Assembly: GCA_010093605.1 (NCBI GenBank)
Contig: MU004192.1
Location: 1,631,464-1,695,463, forward strand
Direction: 5' to 3'
DNA: 64,000 nucleotides
Source of the DNA: Lophium mytilinum
Lineage: Eukaryota
The position numbers and the translations under genes were made by a program. Shown in pieces: positions 1 through 11,500 of the stretch (position 1 is the first letter of the stretch; every line of letters begins with the position of its first letter). The notes under the pieces were generated by a model. The model was not told where the DNA came from. It saw only the letters and a program-made list of their open reading frames with translations, and ran no database searches.

Positions 1-993
1 TTCTATCGATATTTTCGGATCCATGTTCCTTTCGTCACGTTCGGGCCACTGGGCACGCGACACCCATCCCGACAGCAAGCTTTTTCCGATCAGCATGCGC
101 CGTGTTAGCGCGTACCACTCGCTGGCGTTTGGATGGCGAGTGTGTGGTTGCTTGGGGGTGTTCGCGCTAGTTGGTGGGAAGTGGTGTGCGGGTGGCAATT
201 AGGTTCGACGGCGGCAAGTCATCGGCTGCAGAACATAGGATGGCGCTGGTGATGGCGGGATGTGTGTCACCGGGTGGTGCATGGGCGGCTTGGGATCACA
301 TGCAGAGGACCCTGACGATCGCGGGGTTTATAGCGGTGGGTTGGACGTGAGGTGTGGTGTGTGGAAGGGTGAGGGTGTTGAGTGTAGAGCTGGGAGGGTT
401 TGCACGTGTGAGTGGTGTGGAGTGGTGTTGATGTCACGCTAGCTAAGACTGAGGGTGGGAGAGACGGGGTGGAGGCTGTGAAGATGTTAGTATGTGCTCT
501 GGGTATTCATGGGTATCTAGCTGACTGTCGTGAAGATTGTTGTACTTTGGAGAGATGACGAGAAGAAAAGAAAAGAAGAGCTTTTGGTCAAAGTACTTAC
601 TAGTAGCAGTACCTAAGCGTCAGCCACTCAGTATATATTTCCCGATACTCATCTCATCATAGCCTCTGTCTGATACGAAAGATGAAGTAGTAGTCATGGG
701 AAAAAAAGAAACGTACCTCGTTCCCCGTCGATCGTCTCGGCCCTCATTGCACCGAAGACCTGCCCCTCCTTTGGCAGCTCCACCCCACCTTCTGGACCCT
801 GGCCTCATGAGGAAGCCGACGTACCTTTCAACTCAATCCATTAGCAGCTCTTCCTACGGTAGCTTTACTTCCTAGCCAACTGTATTGTTCACTGAACATC
901 TTCAAACTACACCTACAAGAAACTGGAACCCTCACACCACCCGACCATCCCCAATTCCAGCTCCAGCAGCCATTTCCCTCCCCAAAAGGCACA

Positions 994-2297
994 ATGCTCC
1001 TAGACACCCACATCCACCTCTGGCCCACGTCCGCCTGCAATGCCTCCTCCCATACCTGGATGGCTCCTCCAGACCCCCAAACACCCCATCCCCTAGCCAC
1101 CCGGCACGGCATCTCCGACTATAACGCCGCAACATCTTCCTCCCCAACCCAGCCCTCCGCCTTCATATACGTAGAAACCGACCGCGCCCTCCCCACCCCT
1201 TCTCCACCTATCGAATCATCCGCTGCAGCCTTCAGCATCCGCCGCGCGCTAGAGAAATGGGCTGCAGAACCGCTCGAGGAACTGCGGTTTCTTCGACGGA
1301 TAATAGAAGGAAAGCCACAAGGTGAGGGCGATGGGTTTCAAGCAGGCGATGGGGATAAAATGGCTGGGATAGTTGCATTTGCGCCGCTGCATCTCACGCC
1401 GCGGATGTTCGACATCTACCTCCTTCTTGCGAAAGAGGTCGCTGGGCCGGAGACCTGGAGCCGGGTGGTAGGGTTCCGTTATTTGCTGCAGGGGATGCGA
1501 GATCAGAGAGAGTTTAGCAAGTTTGTGTGGGAGGAGTCGTGGCTGAGTAACCTGGTGGGATTGGGAAAGGTGGGTACGGGACCGGGAAATAGGGGTTGGA
1601 CGTTTGATGTTGGGGTTGATATGCGGAGTGGAGGTGTGTGGCAGCTGGAGAAGGCGGCGGAGATGGTGGAGAGAGTGAGGAAGATAGAGGCGGCAGATGT
1701 GGGAAATGGAGGACGGGGAAGTGTGAGATTTGTTCTGAGTGAGTTGCCCGCTTTTGATTGTTCTTCTAAGGGTTGAGTACGTTTCGGGTCCTTTTAGTAC
1801 ATCTTGAGACTGTGGGTAGAGGGACTGTTACTGATGCAAAGGTTTGCGTTTTAGACCATCTTTGTAAGCCCGACCTCACCCTCACCGACCCTGCCTCCGA
1901 CCCCGAGGCACAGCGGTGGTGTGCAGCAATCTCGCGCCTCGCACGACAACCGGACACGTACATGAAGCTCTCCGGCGCATTTTCAGAGTTCGGTACTACA
2001 ACACCCTCGCCCGTGGAAGTCATCGCCGAGCGGCTCCGCTGGTGGGTAAGACATGTGTTTGGCGTTTTTGGGCCTGAACAAATTATGTTCGGGAGCGACT
2101 GGCCCGTGTGTAATGTGAATGGGCCAAAAGGGGACGCAAGCGGGGACGCAAAGGGGAAGACAAAGGGGGTCGAGAGTTGGGGTGTTTGGGTGGAAGTTGT
2201 GGAGAAGCTGATGGATGAACTAGAGGTGGACGCCCTGGGAAGAGAGAGGGTCTGGTGGGGAACTGGGTGCGAGGTATATGGGGTCGAAACGAACTAA
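994..2297 (+). CDS. LRA2: L-rhamnono-gamma-lactonase-like amidohydrolase (Amidohydro_2); exons 994-1738, 1855-2297
   Basis: Motifs DTHIHLW, IYVETDR, GFRYLLQ, YMKLSG, IMFGSDWPVC. The GT..AG intron 1739-1854 (branch-like TACTGAT) joins two ORFs to give FVL-NHLCKP. Lies next to an L-rhamnose dehydrogenase. Confidence 0.85.
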
Positions 2298-2351
2298 GTG
2301 AGAGAAGGCTTTTTGAATTGCAAGGAGGTATATACTCGGTGAAGTCGCGAG

Positions 2352-3326
2352 TTATTGGAGATTCACGAAGAGACCACCATCGACAAGGAGTTGCGCACCG
2401 GTCTACAGAACTGTTAGCATTTAAGATACCAAAAGCATATAGAGTTCGATAGACGCTCAAGACCAAGCTCTTGCTCTGAGTACGATCAAAAGGAGAAGAA
2501 CTTACTACGTATCTACTCAGCTCCTCGCTAGCCAAAAACACCGCCGGGCCGGCCAAATCTCTAGGCTCTCCTGTCCTCCCCAGTGGTATCCTACCCTCCA
2601 TGTACTTCCTCTTACCGTCATCCGCCAAATCTACCTCATTCAACTGTGTACGGACGGTTCCCGGCAGCAGCGCATTGCATCGTATATTGTACTTTCCCAA
2701 TGCGCAGGCGGATGATTGCATCAAAGAGAGGACTCCGGCTTTTGTGGGTGTATAATGGCCTTGCTGTGCGCCCCCAACCAGAGCACTGATGGACGATATT
2801 CCAATTATGGAGCCACCGCGAGGCGATTGCGTGGACATAGCTCGCGCGGCGGCTTGGATTGCGTAAAATGCGCCTGTGAGGTTGGTGGAGACGGTCGAGG
2901 TAAAGAGCTCAGAAGTAATACTGGAGGAAGTGTCAATTAAGCAAACTTTGAGTGAAAGTATACGAGAAAGCAGCAGGCCTCCACGTACTCCAAGAACTCC
3001 GCAAACTGGCATATTCCCGCGTTGCTTACGAAAACATCAAGGCGTCCCCATCGCGCTACTGTTTTAGTGATGAGTTCTATAGCGACTTCTTGCGTGCCGA
3101 TGTTTCCAGGTACTTCGATCAATACGTCTTCTGCTTTTATATCCTTATTGGAGCTTGTGATTTCGGCGACCATACTCTCAAAATGTTTGGATGAGGATTC
3201 GTCGCCGAGGTGGTTGATTGCGATGCGGGCACCGTGAGAGACGTAGGCTAGAGCAATGGCACGGCCTATGCCAGTTACGCCGCCTGTTATTGCGCAAACT
3301 TTGCCTGTGAGGAGTTGAGGGGCCAT
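2352..3326 (-). CDS. LRA1: L-rhamnose 1-dehydrogenase (short-chain dehydrogenase/reductase); exons 3326-2989, 2920-2506, 2402-2352
   Basis: TGGVTGIG cofactor motif, SNAGIC, SSISALVGG, catalytic YTPTK and C-terminal TGAQLLVDGGLFVNLQ* typical of fungal LRA1/lraA. Both introns have canonical sites and keep frame. Confidence 0.9.
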
Positions 3327-3836
3327 TCTGCGTGCGTTTGGTGGATCGACAAGAAGGAATTGTAGATTCGAGAATGGGGGTTAGTGTTTCGAAAGCGCGA
3401 GTTGAGCTCTATAGATACTGTAATTGAGGTGAGACGACTTCCTGGTCAGTGATCGGTCTGTTATATAGAGCTCTGCGTGTTCCTGAAGGTTAGTTGACGC
3501 GACGTGCTCCACTTAGCCTTAGAAGCTCAACTTCGGGACATCTAGGTCCGAAGTGCAGAATTGAGTTGTATGGGGGCTTTTCTCGGCCTGGGATTCTTTC
3601 AATGCGGCTTCGCGTCGAAATGCTAACAACGATGTATTGATGCTTGAGATACAGGCCACAAAGTTGAGTTCAAGTGGGAAGTGTCTGACCGTTTCCGCCA
3701 AGAAACGCACGTGACCATCGGAAAAACTTCATCTTACCTCCGCTCTTGAGATTTATTTCTCGATGAACTTTAACAACTCCTCCGCTGAACCACCAACAGC
3801 TATGCGAGCGGACTCCTTAAACTAGGAACATACAAC

Positions 3837-6152
3837 ATGGATGTCTTCAAGCTCCTCTCGCGATCCGCAAAACCTGTGCAAGGAACCTCCCAACATCATC
3901 TTCCGTCCAGCGGCGAAGCTACGAACCCACAGCTTTTCGGGCATGCTGAAGCATCTCCTCCTACCGCGAACTCGAGTAAGAAACGAAAGCGCGGTGTCAA
4001 TGGTGGGGATCAGCCTACGGCATTGCCAGCTGAGCTGAACTTTTTCGGCAATGCGCACAATACTGGGAATGTGAACGGGGAAGAGAAGAAGCAAAAAGGC
4101 CTGCCGAGGAAGGAAAGTCGAGATGAGAGGACTGCCGCGAGGATAAAGGCTGGCGATAACGACGAGGAGGCTACGCTAGGCGCCCCGGAGCAAATGAGTG
4201 TTGTCAATTGCAAGAGAGTCCTGCGGGGCCACAAGCTCAAGATTACAATATTGGAAGAGTTCCTCGCACAAGAGCCGGACACCGCCCTGATGGAGAAGCC
4301 TAGGAAAAAGCAGAAGCGGAGAGAAGAGCCGGTTGTTCCTTTAAAGAAAGCCAAGAATGATAAAACTCAACTATACCCCGAACCACTGGCTACATTTGCG
4401 GAATTAAGGAGTCGATATGGAGTATTCAGGAGGCTAACAGAGAACCTGGAGGCACAAGGATATACCGTCCCAACGGAAGTCCAACTTGGAGGCCTTCCAC
4501 TATTACTAGGAGATCTGGAGTGTCATGCGAGGGGCGATCGAGACGAAAATCTCCCCACCAAGCCACGAAAGACCACCGCTGGGCAGGGTATCGACCTGCT
4601 AACGATTGCGCCTACTGGAAGCGGGAAAACTATTGCATTTCTAGTTCCTGTACTAAATGCGCTGATAGAAGAGAACAAGCTCCAACACGAATCCGAAGAC
4701 TCCGCCGAAGTGGGCCCGCGTGCTATTATCATTGCACCTACTAAAGAGCTAGCAAGTCAGACTGTAAATGAAGCCAGGAAGCTGTCGATCGGTACGGGTG
4801 TCAAAATAGCTCTCATGAAGAAGGGTATGGAAGTCGTAGAGAGTTTGGACGTTGAGACGGAAGTAGATGTCGAGTCTGAAGAGGGTCAATCCGAGGAAGA
4901 TGCAAGTGAAGTCGACTCGGATGATGCAAAATCTAGCTCGAAACCCTCACATAAACGACGAAGAGCCAAGACTACCAAAGCTGCCATTATCGTCGCGACT
5001 CCACTGTCACTTTTAAACGCCTTGAAGAAACGAGATGGCCAGATTGCGTCTCTTCCGAGCGTCAAGTTTTTAGTACTTGACGAAGCCGATGTCCTCCTAG
5101 ATCCACTCTTCCGTGAACAAACTTTGTCATTATGGAAGTCTTGCACGAATCCTTTACTCCGCATTAGTCTGTGGTCTGCTACCATGGGCTCCAACGTCGA
5201 AGAACTTGCACGGAAAACCATCGACGACCGGTGGGATTCGCTCTTTTCGACCAAAGCATCCCGAGGCCCTGCCCGGCGACCACTCATCCGTCTTGTTGTC
5301 GGTCTTAAAGATACTGCTATCCCCAACGTAGCTCACAAGCTTATCTACGCTGCGACCGAACAAGGCAAACTGCTCGCTCTTCGGCAACTCCTCCATCCTA
5401 CTGCAACGCCTTCCGCAGACACCACACCGACCCTCCGTCCGCCGTTCCTTGTCTTCACTCAAACGATACCCCGTGCCATCGCGCTGCATGCCGAACTCCT
5501 CTACGACATCCCACCCGAAGCAGGTGGTAGCTCCCGAATTGCCGTCCTACATGCCGATCTTCCCTCGACCGCCCGCGACAGTACCATGGCCCGCTTCCGC
5601 CGCGGTGAAATCTGGATCCTGATCACTACTGATCTTTTAGCCCGTGGAGTCGATTTCCGGGGCCTGAACGGAGTTGTGAACTACGATGTTCCCAACTCCG
5701 CTGCTGCCTACGTCCACCGAGTTGGCAGAACTGGTCGCGCAGGGAGAGAGGGTGGTATTGCAGTTACGCTCTATACCAAAGAAGACGTGCCCTACATCAG
5801 GAACGTCGCAAACGTCATCCGAGCCAGCGAGAAACTACGCGGAAAAGGTGGTGAAGATGAAGGGGAGGTCAAGCAGTGGTTGCTGGATGCACTTCCTACC
5901 CCCAGCCAGCGCGATCGCCAGAGATTGAAGAAAAGAGGCATTGAATCCAGAAGGCCGGTGGCGGGTCAAGAGGGGAAGGAAAAGTCGAGGGCGAGGATAA
6001 GTACGAAGAGTGGGTGGGAGCGGAAGATGGAGAATAATCGGAAGGGCGCTGTTAGTGGGAGTCAGAGGAGAAAGGAGGCGGAGGACGAGGCGGAGGTGCT
6101 TATAGGGGATGGCGGTGCGGACAAGAGTGATTTTGAGGGGTTTGAGGATTGA
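3837..6152 (+). CDS. ROK1: ATP-dependent DEAD-box RNA helicase ROK1/DDX52 (ribosome biogenesis), single exon
   Basis: N-terminus MDVFKLLSRS, Q-motif PTEVQ, APTGSGKT, PTKELA, LDEADVL, SAT, RPPFLVFTQTIPRA, LARGVDF, HRVGRTGRAG. Confidence 0.93.
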   Translation: MDVFKLLSRSAKPVQGTSQHHLPSSGEATNPQLFGHAEASPPTANSSKKRKRGVNGGDQPTALPAELNFFGNAHNTGNVNGEEKKQKGLPRKESRDERTAARIKAGDNDEEATLGAPEQMSVVNCKRVLRGHKLKITILEEFLAQEPDTALMEKPRKKQKRREEPVVPLKKAKNDKTQLYPEPLATFAELRSRYGVFRRLTENLEAQGYTVPTEVQLGGLPLLLGDLECHARGDRDENLPTKPRKTTAGQGIDLLTIAPTGSGKTIAFLVPVLNALIEENKLQHESEDSAEVGPRAIIIAPTKELASQTVNEARKLSIGTGVKIALMKKGMEVVESLDVETEVDVESEEGQSEEDASEVDSDDAKSSSKPSHKRRRAKTTKAAIIVATPLSLLNALKKRDGQIASLPSVKFLVLDEADVLLDPLFREQTLSLWKSCTNPLLRISLWSATMGSNVEELARKTIDDRWDSLFSTKASRGPARRPLIRLVVGLKDTAIPNVAHKLIYAATEQGKLLALRQLLHPTATPSADTTPTLRPPFLVFTQTIPRAIALHAELLYDIPPEAGGSSRIAVLHADLPSTARDSTMARFRRGEIWILITTDLLARGVDFRGLNGVVNYDVPNSAAAYVHRVGRTGRAGREGGIAVTLYTKEDVPYIRNVANVIRASEKLRGKGGEDEGEVKQWLLDALPTPSQRDRQRLKKRGIESRRPVAGQEGKEKSRARISTKSGWERKMENNRKGAVSGSQRRKEAEDEAEVLIGDGGADKSDFEGFED

Positions 6153-6262
6153 AGTGTTGCTCGGAAGCTTTGGGTAGGAAATCAAAAAATGTTTTGGAGA
6201 GTCCCCAATTGTCGTATCATGAGCGTTCCCGCGTGCGGTATCGAGCGAGCTGCGTATCATGT

Positions 6263-6713
6263 CTAGCAAACTAGTAATGTTTCAAAGCTTACGACCTTGT
6301 ACGGAGTAAGTGTAGCCTCTCGAAGCCGAAAGTCAAAACTCCCCAGCCGGATCGAATTCCCAAGACGAATTCGCACACATGGAATGAGTGATCTCCTTCT
6401 CAGAGAGTCTGCTGCCAAGCCTAGACTCACTGAAATGTATGCCTCGTCTAGTGGGCTCGTTTCAGCGCACTGGGAAGAGGTATGCGCCTGATTCTTCTGC
6501 CTCGCGCATCGTTCTCTAGATGCTATGAAAGTGGAAGCAAGCAGGTCACATGAGAGTGGTGCACGTTCCTCCCAGGGCGGTATAAAATCTTCCTCAGTTG
6601 TCAAAACGTCCTTCTTCACGGGCGGAAAAGGGAACAGCAACAGATGATACACAAGAGCTTCATGGTGTGGTGGTTTGCTGTGCAAAAGCAGATTTAGGAG
6701 TGTTCGATGGCAG
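6263..6713 (-). pseudogene. Probable 3' half of a host ORF split by the retrotransposon nest
   Basis: Open frame 6263-6712 is in register with the minus-strand ORF at 25084-25617 when the element and one TSD copy are removed. Product not recognised. Confidence 0.45.
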
Positions 6714-6918
6714 TGTGATATTTCCAATCACGTGATGTAAGAATTTAGAGGACAATAGATATTAATTCTATATAGGAATCTAGCTAGGCTATATATATAT
6801 TAGAGAGGCCTATATAGGCCTTAATTATACTAAATCTATATAGAAAAGTATTTCTATAGTAGATCTATATATTATATATATAATATCTAAATATTAACTA
6901 TATATTAAGAATTCTACA
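6714..6918 (-). repeat. LTR of outer element (TG...CA)
   Basis: TGTGATATTTCC...GAATTCTACA; matches 24849-25053 apart from C>T/G>A transitions. Confidence 0.88.
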
Positions 6919-7143
6919 CCTATGCGTTAGGGCTCTAGTATTTCGCTCCTTTAATTGGGAGCAAATATGGGGGGTTTTCTACCGCATCTACCTAAACGTG
7001 GTTCTCACTGCTGGCGCTATGCTCGGTCTGGCTCTTTGCGTCCTCGGCCTCCTGCGCATACCAACCAATAGCGCCAACTTCGAGATGGTAATGTGGATCT
7101 GCGTTGCCCCAGCAATTCCGATGGTAGCGACAATCATGCCTAT

Positions 7144-7153
7144 NNNNNNNNNN
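7144..7153. other. Assembly gap (10 N)
   Basis: Run of N; true size unknown. Confidence 1.
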
Positions 7154-8185
7154 CTAGATTTAATTTACTATTAAATTATATTTATAATAGTATATTATAC
7201 TTACTACTTTATACTATATACTATTAATATATTAGGCTATTAGCTTCTTTAGAAGCTTTAAAGCTTCTAGAGATATATAATACTATAAAAGATATATTAG
7301 TAGATAGTAATATTATAGTAATATACTTAAAAGGGGTTTAGAATTCTTTAGAGGCCTACTACTATATTAGTAGAGAAAATAATAAAGGTATTAGAATATT
7401 TAATAGCTTAATAGTAAGAAAGAATTAAAAGAAATTATAAAGTATTTATAATAAAGAGAATTATAAGGTAATATAAATATTAGTATACTAGTATGTATTA
7501 GGTTTTAATATATAATTAAAGCTATAATAGCTAATAATAGGCTTATAGAAAATCTTATAAAGTCTCTTATAATCTAGTAAGAAGCTTATAATTTTATATA
7601 GGTTTAAGAAGCTATTAGTATATTATAGAGTAGTAAGTAGTAATCTAGAAATAATAGATTTAAAAATCTAGAGTATATATAAGGCCTTCTTAATACTCTT
7701 ATACTTTTTCTTCTATATTTAACTTTCTTCTTTAAGGTTTAAGCTTCTTTTAGCTTTAAAGGTTTATTAGAGACTTTTATAGCTTTTCTTCTTATTACTA
7801 TTATTTTTCTTTATTAATTTTTTTATTAGAACTTTCTCTTTCTTAGCTTCTAGGCTACTTCTTCTTACTCTAAGTTAGCGTTATAATATTACTTAATACC
7901 TAGCTAGGTTTTATAGCCTCTAGCTTACTCTATTTAGAAAGAGGTAGAGATAGTAGAGATAATAATTCTTTAGACCTTAGCTATAGTTATAAGGTTCTAT
8001 ACTTTTATAAATTCTTAGGTATTTTAGCTTATAAAGTCTTATAGGCCTATAGTAAGTTTCTAATAATAGTTTAACTCTTTCTCTTAATAAAGCTAATAAG
8101 ATCTAGTTACTATTATACTTATATTAATTATTAACCTCTTAATAGTCTAGAGGTTCTATAATCTATACTATATATAGCTAATAGC

Positions 8186-8569
8186 TATTATAGTATAATA
8201 GTAAATTATAAGAGAAGATCTAATATTAGTATATATAGATAAAGTAGCTATAAGAAAGAGAGAAGGGCGCGGAGCGCTAGCTAAGAGGTAGGTAAGGCTA
8301 GCGCTAAGCCTAGTTATATAATAGTAATTATATGCTAGAAAGTATATAATACTATTATATATATTAGAAATATAAGAGAAGACCTAATATTAGTATATAT
8401 AGATAAAGTAGCTATAAAAGAGAGAAAAGGGCGCGGAGCGCCGGCCGAGAGATAGATAAGGCTAGCGCTAAGCCTAGTTATATAACGGTAATTATATACT
8501 AGAGGGCACATAATACTATTATATATATTAGAAATATATTATAATAGAAGTTGCGTTATAGCTATAATA
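8186..8569 (-). repeat. 3' LTR of nested element with internal 164-bp tandem duplication
   Basis: Termini TATTATAG...CTATAATA (RIP-ed TG..CA inverted ends); 8207-8370 repeats as 8371-8534; 384 bp versus 220 bp for the other LTR. Confidence 0.88.
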
Positions 8570-8580
8570 CTATCCCCCCT
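8570..8580 (-). other. Polypurine tract of nested element
   Basis: Plus-strand CTATCCCCCCT, i.e. AGGGGGGATAG on the minus strand, abutting the 3' LTR. Confidence 0.8.
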
Positions 8581-11500
8581 TTAAAAGAAACTATATATAG
8601 AGCTTCTTCTAGTATTATACTTTAGCCTTTCTACTTTATACTTACTATACATAAGTATTTCTTTCTAATTAATTAGTCCTTCTATTAATTATATAGTTTT
8701 ACTATAATTCTTCTAACCCTTTAGTCTTTTATATAGTATTATAAACTATAGGTATTATAAATTATAGATGCTGTATAGGCGTAATATAAATTAGTATAGA
8801 AGTTAAATATATAAACCTTTATATTATCTATTACCTAGTAGTCCGCTAGGGTAGCGTCTTCTAATAGAAGGAGTTAGTAATTACTTAGCTAGTTAGCGCT
8901 ATTTAGCTTTAGTAATATCTAGTCTAAGTATCTACTCCTATAGTCTTAATATAATTATAGCTAGTAGGGGTTTCTAGTACTTAGGTTTCTTAAAAGACTT
9001 ATAAGGGCTAGTAGTATTAAGGTATTAGTAGTAGTAGTCTATTATAATATTATAGTAGTTAAAGGTACTCTTATATAATTTCTACTTAGATTTAGTATTC
9101 TAGTTAGGGTAACCGGTGTATTAGATTTTATATTATAGAAGGCCCTTCTTACGCGTAGCTAAATTAATTATTACTTTATTAATTTATAAGTTAATAATAT
9201 TATTAACGTTCTATTATTTAAAACCTTTCTAGTTAACTTTAATAGAACCTAGTTTATTATATATTTAGCCTTTAAGTAGCTTATAAGTAACTCTATAGAG
9301 TAGCTATAGATAAAAGACGTTAAAAAGCCCTTTTACTATGCGTAGTAGGGCGAGCTTATAGGCGCTATTATTAATAACGCATATTATCTTATATAGCCCG
9401 AGTTATTTATAGTTAAGTAACTTATTTAGGCGTTGCGTCTTAATATTATAAGCGTCTAGTATAACCTTATTACTAACCTTAAATTCTAGCGCAGGCTTAC
9501 GTTTTAGATTTGCGTAGTAAGCTTATTATACTTAAACCTAGGTAAGCTTATCTTATAAGAAGAGACGTAGGTTATTAATCTATTTAGCTAGGGCGTTAGC
9601 TTTCTCTTAAAGTAACTTCTAAGGGCCCTTTAGTTTAACTAAGTTATCTACTAGCTCTAGCCTAGAGTATAGGTTATAGCCTTTAGTTACTATAAATAGT
9701 AATACGCCTATTATTATTTTAGCGCAGTTAGCCTTAAATTTAGTAATAGATAGAAGGTCTACCTAGTTATCCTATTTATAATTAATATAGGCGCGTAGAT
9801 ATTATTTTAAAGCTATATTTATAATTTTAGTCTAGCTATCTATTTCTAGGTAAAATAATAATAAGAGTTTAGGCAACGTGCTAATACGGGCGTAGAGGCG
9901 TTTCTAGAAATATAAGATAAACTAAGCGCCGCGGTTAGATATAATAGTATATAGATAGCCTTTCTTACACTAAACCTATTTAATAAATACTTAGATAACT
10001 AGCTTAACTTCTATAGAATTAAGTAGGATAAACTTCCTCTTCTTAAATAGTTAATTAACTATAACTATAATATACTTATATTACCTGCCCTATTATTTAT
10101 AGATAGGCAGTAGTCTAATAAAGTTAACTAAGATATTATACTAGTAGTAATGCGGAATTAGTAATAGGCGGAGAAGGCCTTACTTATCTTCTCTAGAGTG
10201 CTTTAAGTAGTAATAGGTTATATAAGCGCCTATATACTAATTAATATTAGAGGTTATAAGGGGCTAGTAGTAGTAGTTACTAAGCCTAGCGTATATAGAA
10301 GTTATTCTAGTATAACTAGCTAGTTTAGGTTTATATATAGATTAGATAATTATAGTATATAGTTTTAGCACTACTAGTATATAAAGCTTCTTCTAAATAT
10401 AGAGGAAATTATTAATTATATTATAATTACTAAGCTTAATTTATAAATAGTAGTCGCGGTAGAATTAAGCTAGTAGTTATTATTTATTATATTATTTAGT
10501 GTACTTAACTCCTTATATAATAGAATTAGCTTAAGAGGCTTTCTTTACTTATTAAAGAATTTAATTACTAGTTAGAACTAGCTTTAATGTATTATATAGC
10601 TCGGCATTAAAAGCTAGTCTATTATTAGTATAAGAATTCTTTATCTTATCTCTTACTATAGAGGTAGTTCTAGAATCCTTTATCTTATCTAGGGGCTCTA
10701 GTTATAATTATATTTATCTAGTGCGCGTAACTATAAGTTAAAGCTTATTAGTATAATTAGGTTAATTAAATTTACTAAGGTTATAAAGTATAGAGGCTAG
10801 GTCTATTACTATATATTCTAGGGCGTTATTAGTAAATATATAGGCTAGGCTAACAGCGTAGTATATATTAGGTTTATAGTTTATAGATTTAAGTATAACT
10901 TATTCTTAATACTTATAGCAAGCATTGCCTTTAGAGGGCTTATTGCCGGGTTATCTAGTAAGAAGATCTAGCTTATTATTAAGCTTTTCTAGCTTATATA
11001 TAATTTTAAAGTTAAATTCTACTAAAAACTTAGCCTATTAGGCTTAATAATAGTTAAATTATTTAGTTATTATAAATGTCTAAAGATTCTTATAATTAGA
11101 GATAACATTAATAGGGCTGCTATATTTCTAGCCTTAGCTAGTAAGTTCTAGGCGCTAGTCTTTAAACGCTAGAACTATAGTAAGTAGTTTCTTATTATAG
11201 ATAGTATAGTTAATTTACTATAGCATTATTTATTATAATATAAAGGTAATAGATTATAGGGTGCTATCTAGTTAAATCTATAATAGCACGGCCGCTACTA
11301 TATAATCTAAGAAATTATATTTAACCTATATTTTATAGTCTAGGTTCTATAGAGCTAGCTAGGGGGCGTTCTAGAAATATTTCTTAATGCGGGTAAACGC
11401 GTATACTTTATTACTATTATCTTTCTAGGGGAATTTAAATAATTTCCTGGCAGATAATATAAGTATAGAGAGAGGTGCTATAAACTTAGAGTATCTAGTA

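Noticed and set aside
1..830. Possible 5' end of a minus-strand gene (splice-like GTAAGT/GTACGT donors, CTAAC branch sites) and short ORFs
   Set aside because: No recognisable protein or consistent exon chain within the window.
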